Shown here in pieces: positions 63,468 to 64,000 of a DNA stretch of 64,000 nucleotides (within the stretch, counting starts at the first letter, position 1; each line of letters begins with the position of its first letter). The notes beneath the pieces are model-generated. The model saw only the letters and a program-made list of their open reading frames with translations, made no database searches and had not been told where the DNA came from. Source of the stretch: Anaeramoeba ignava BMAN (Eukaryota > Protista > Anaeramoebae). A program made the translations under genes and the position numbers. The stretch is from assembly GCA_028826165.1 (NCBI GenBank), contig JAPDFW010000070.1:310001-374000 (forward strand), read 5' to 3'.

Positions 63468-64000
63468 TTAATTTTCGTTCTTTTGTTCTTCTGTTTCTTT
63501 TGGTCTTAAAGGACATGTTCTTTTTGTATGTCCTTCTTTTCGGCATATACTACATTTTCTCACTGTAGATTTTTTCTCTTTAGGTTTTTTTGGATCTTTT
63601 TTTTTTCTTTTTCTTTTATTTTCGTTTGTATTTTTATTTGTATTTTTATTTGTATTTTTATTTGTATTTTTATTTGAATTTGAATTTGAATTTGAATTTC
63701 GATTTGTATTTGGATTTGAATTTGGATTCCAATTTTGATTTGAATTAGAAATTTGACCAACTGAAATTTGAAAATTTTGATTTTGATTTTGATTTTGATT
63801 TTGATTCAAATTTAAATTTTGATTCAAATTTAAATTTAGATTTTGATTTTGATTTGGATTCCTAATATAATTTGAGTTTAAAGTTGCACTTCTTATTAAA
63901 TTTTGATTTTGATTTTGATTTAAATTTAAATTTAAATTCAAATTTGGGTTATTTTGATTGGAATTTTGATTAAATTTAAAATTTAAGTTTTGATTAGAAT
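63468..64000 (-). CDS. 3' part of an N/Q-rich protein with a basic region and CCHC Zn knuckle
   Basis: RKCSICRKEGHTKRTC near the C-terminus; frame appears open toward the window edge. Confidence 0.7.
   Translation of the reverse strand, partial: SNQNLNFKFNQNSNQNNPNLNLNLNLNQNQNQNLIRSATLNSNYIRNPNQNQNLNLNLNQNLNLNQNQNQNQNQNFQISVGQISNSNQNWNPNSNPNTNRNSNSNSNSNKNTNKNTNKNTNKNTNENKRKRKKKDPKKPKEKKSTVRKCSICRKEGHTKRTCPLRPKETEEQKNEN

Noticed and set aside
63468-63600. Retrotransposon Gag suggested by the CCHC knuckle
   Set aside because: A single knuckle at the end of a low-complexity protein, with no pol or LTR downstream.

Overview
Very AT-rich eukaryotic nuclear DNA with canonical GT-AG introns and the standard genetic code. 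Several traits suggest an anaerobic metamonad protist, probably Anaeramoeba-like (inference, not verified): EN/QN low-complexity tracts, an RCC1-BTB expansion, TCAY Inr-like motifs and a bacterial-type oxidoreductase with an organellar-type presequence. Genes in order: a 2Fe-2S/FAD oxidoreductase (3' end outside the window); a small hypothetical gene; five tandem RCC1-BTB-BTB copies, all frame-disrupted; INTS4-like; SAC9-like phosphatase; PCNA with Pro at 164; a CH-domain protein with repeated PH-like modules; a double HMG-box protein; an FH1-less formin; a LIM/coiled-coil protein; Vti1; a hypothetical gene; BTB-BACK-TLDc; a divergent actin; a beta-helix multi-TM surface protein; GH30 glucosylceramidase; and a partial Zn-knuckle gene. 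Most notable: (1) the RCC1-BTB array has a near-invariant BTB half, while variation is concentrated in short loops on one predicted propeller face and is shared between copies as a mosaic, resembling a diversified receptor repertoire; (2) two inverted satellite-tRNA-Glu-satellite modules bracket a 6.7-kb cassette of three intronless genes; (3) satellites, mostly of nucleosome-scale period, sit at strand-switch regions. Isolated +1 A indels in otherwise intact genes suggest residual assembly errors, so frameshifts need read-level checks.
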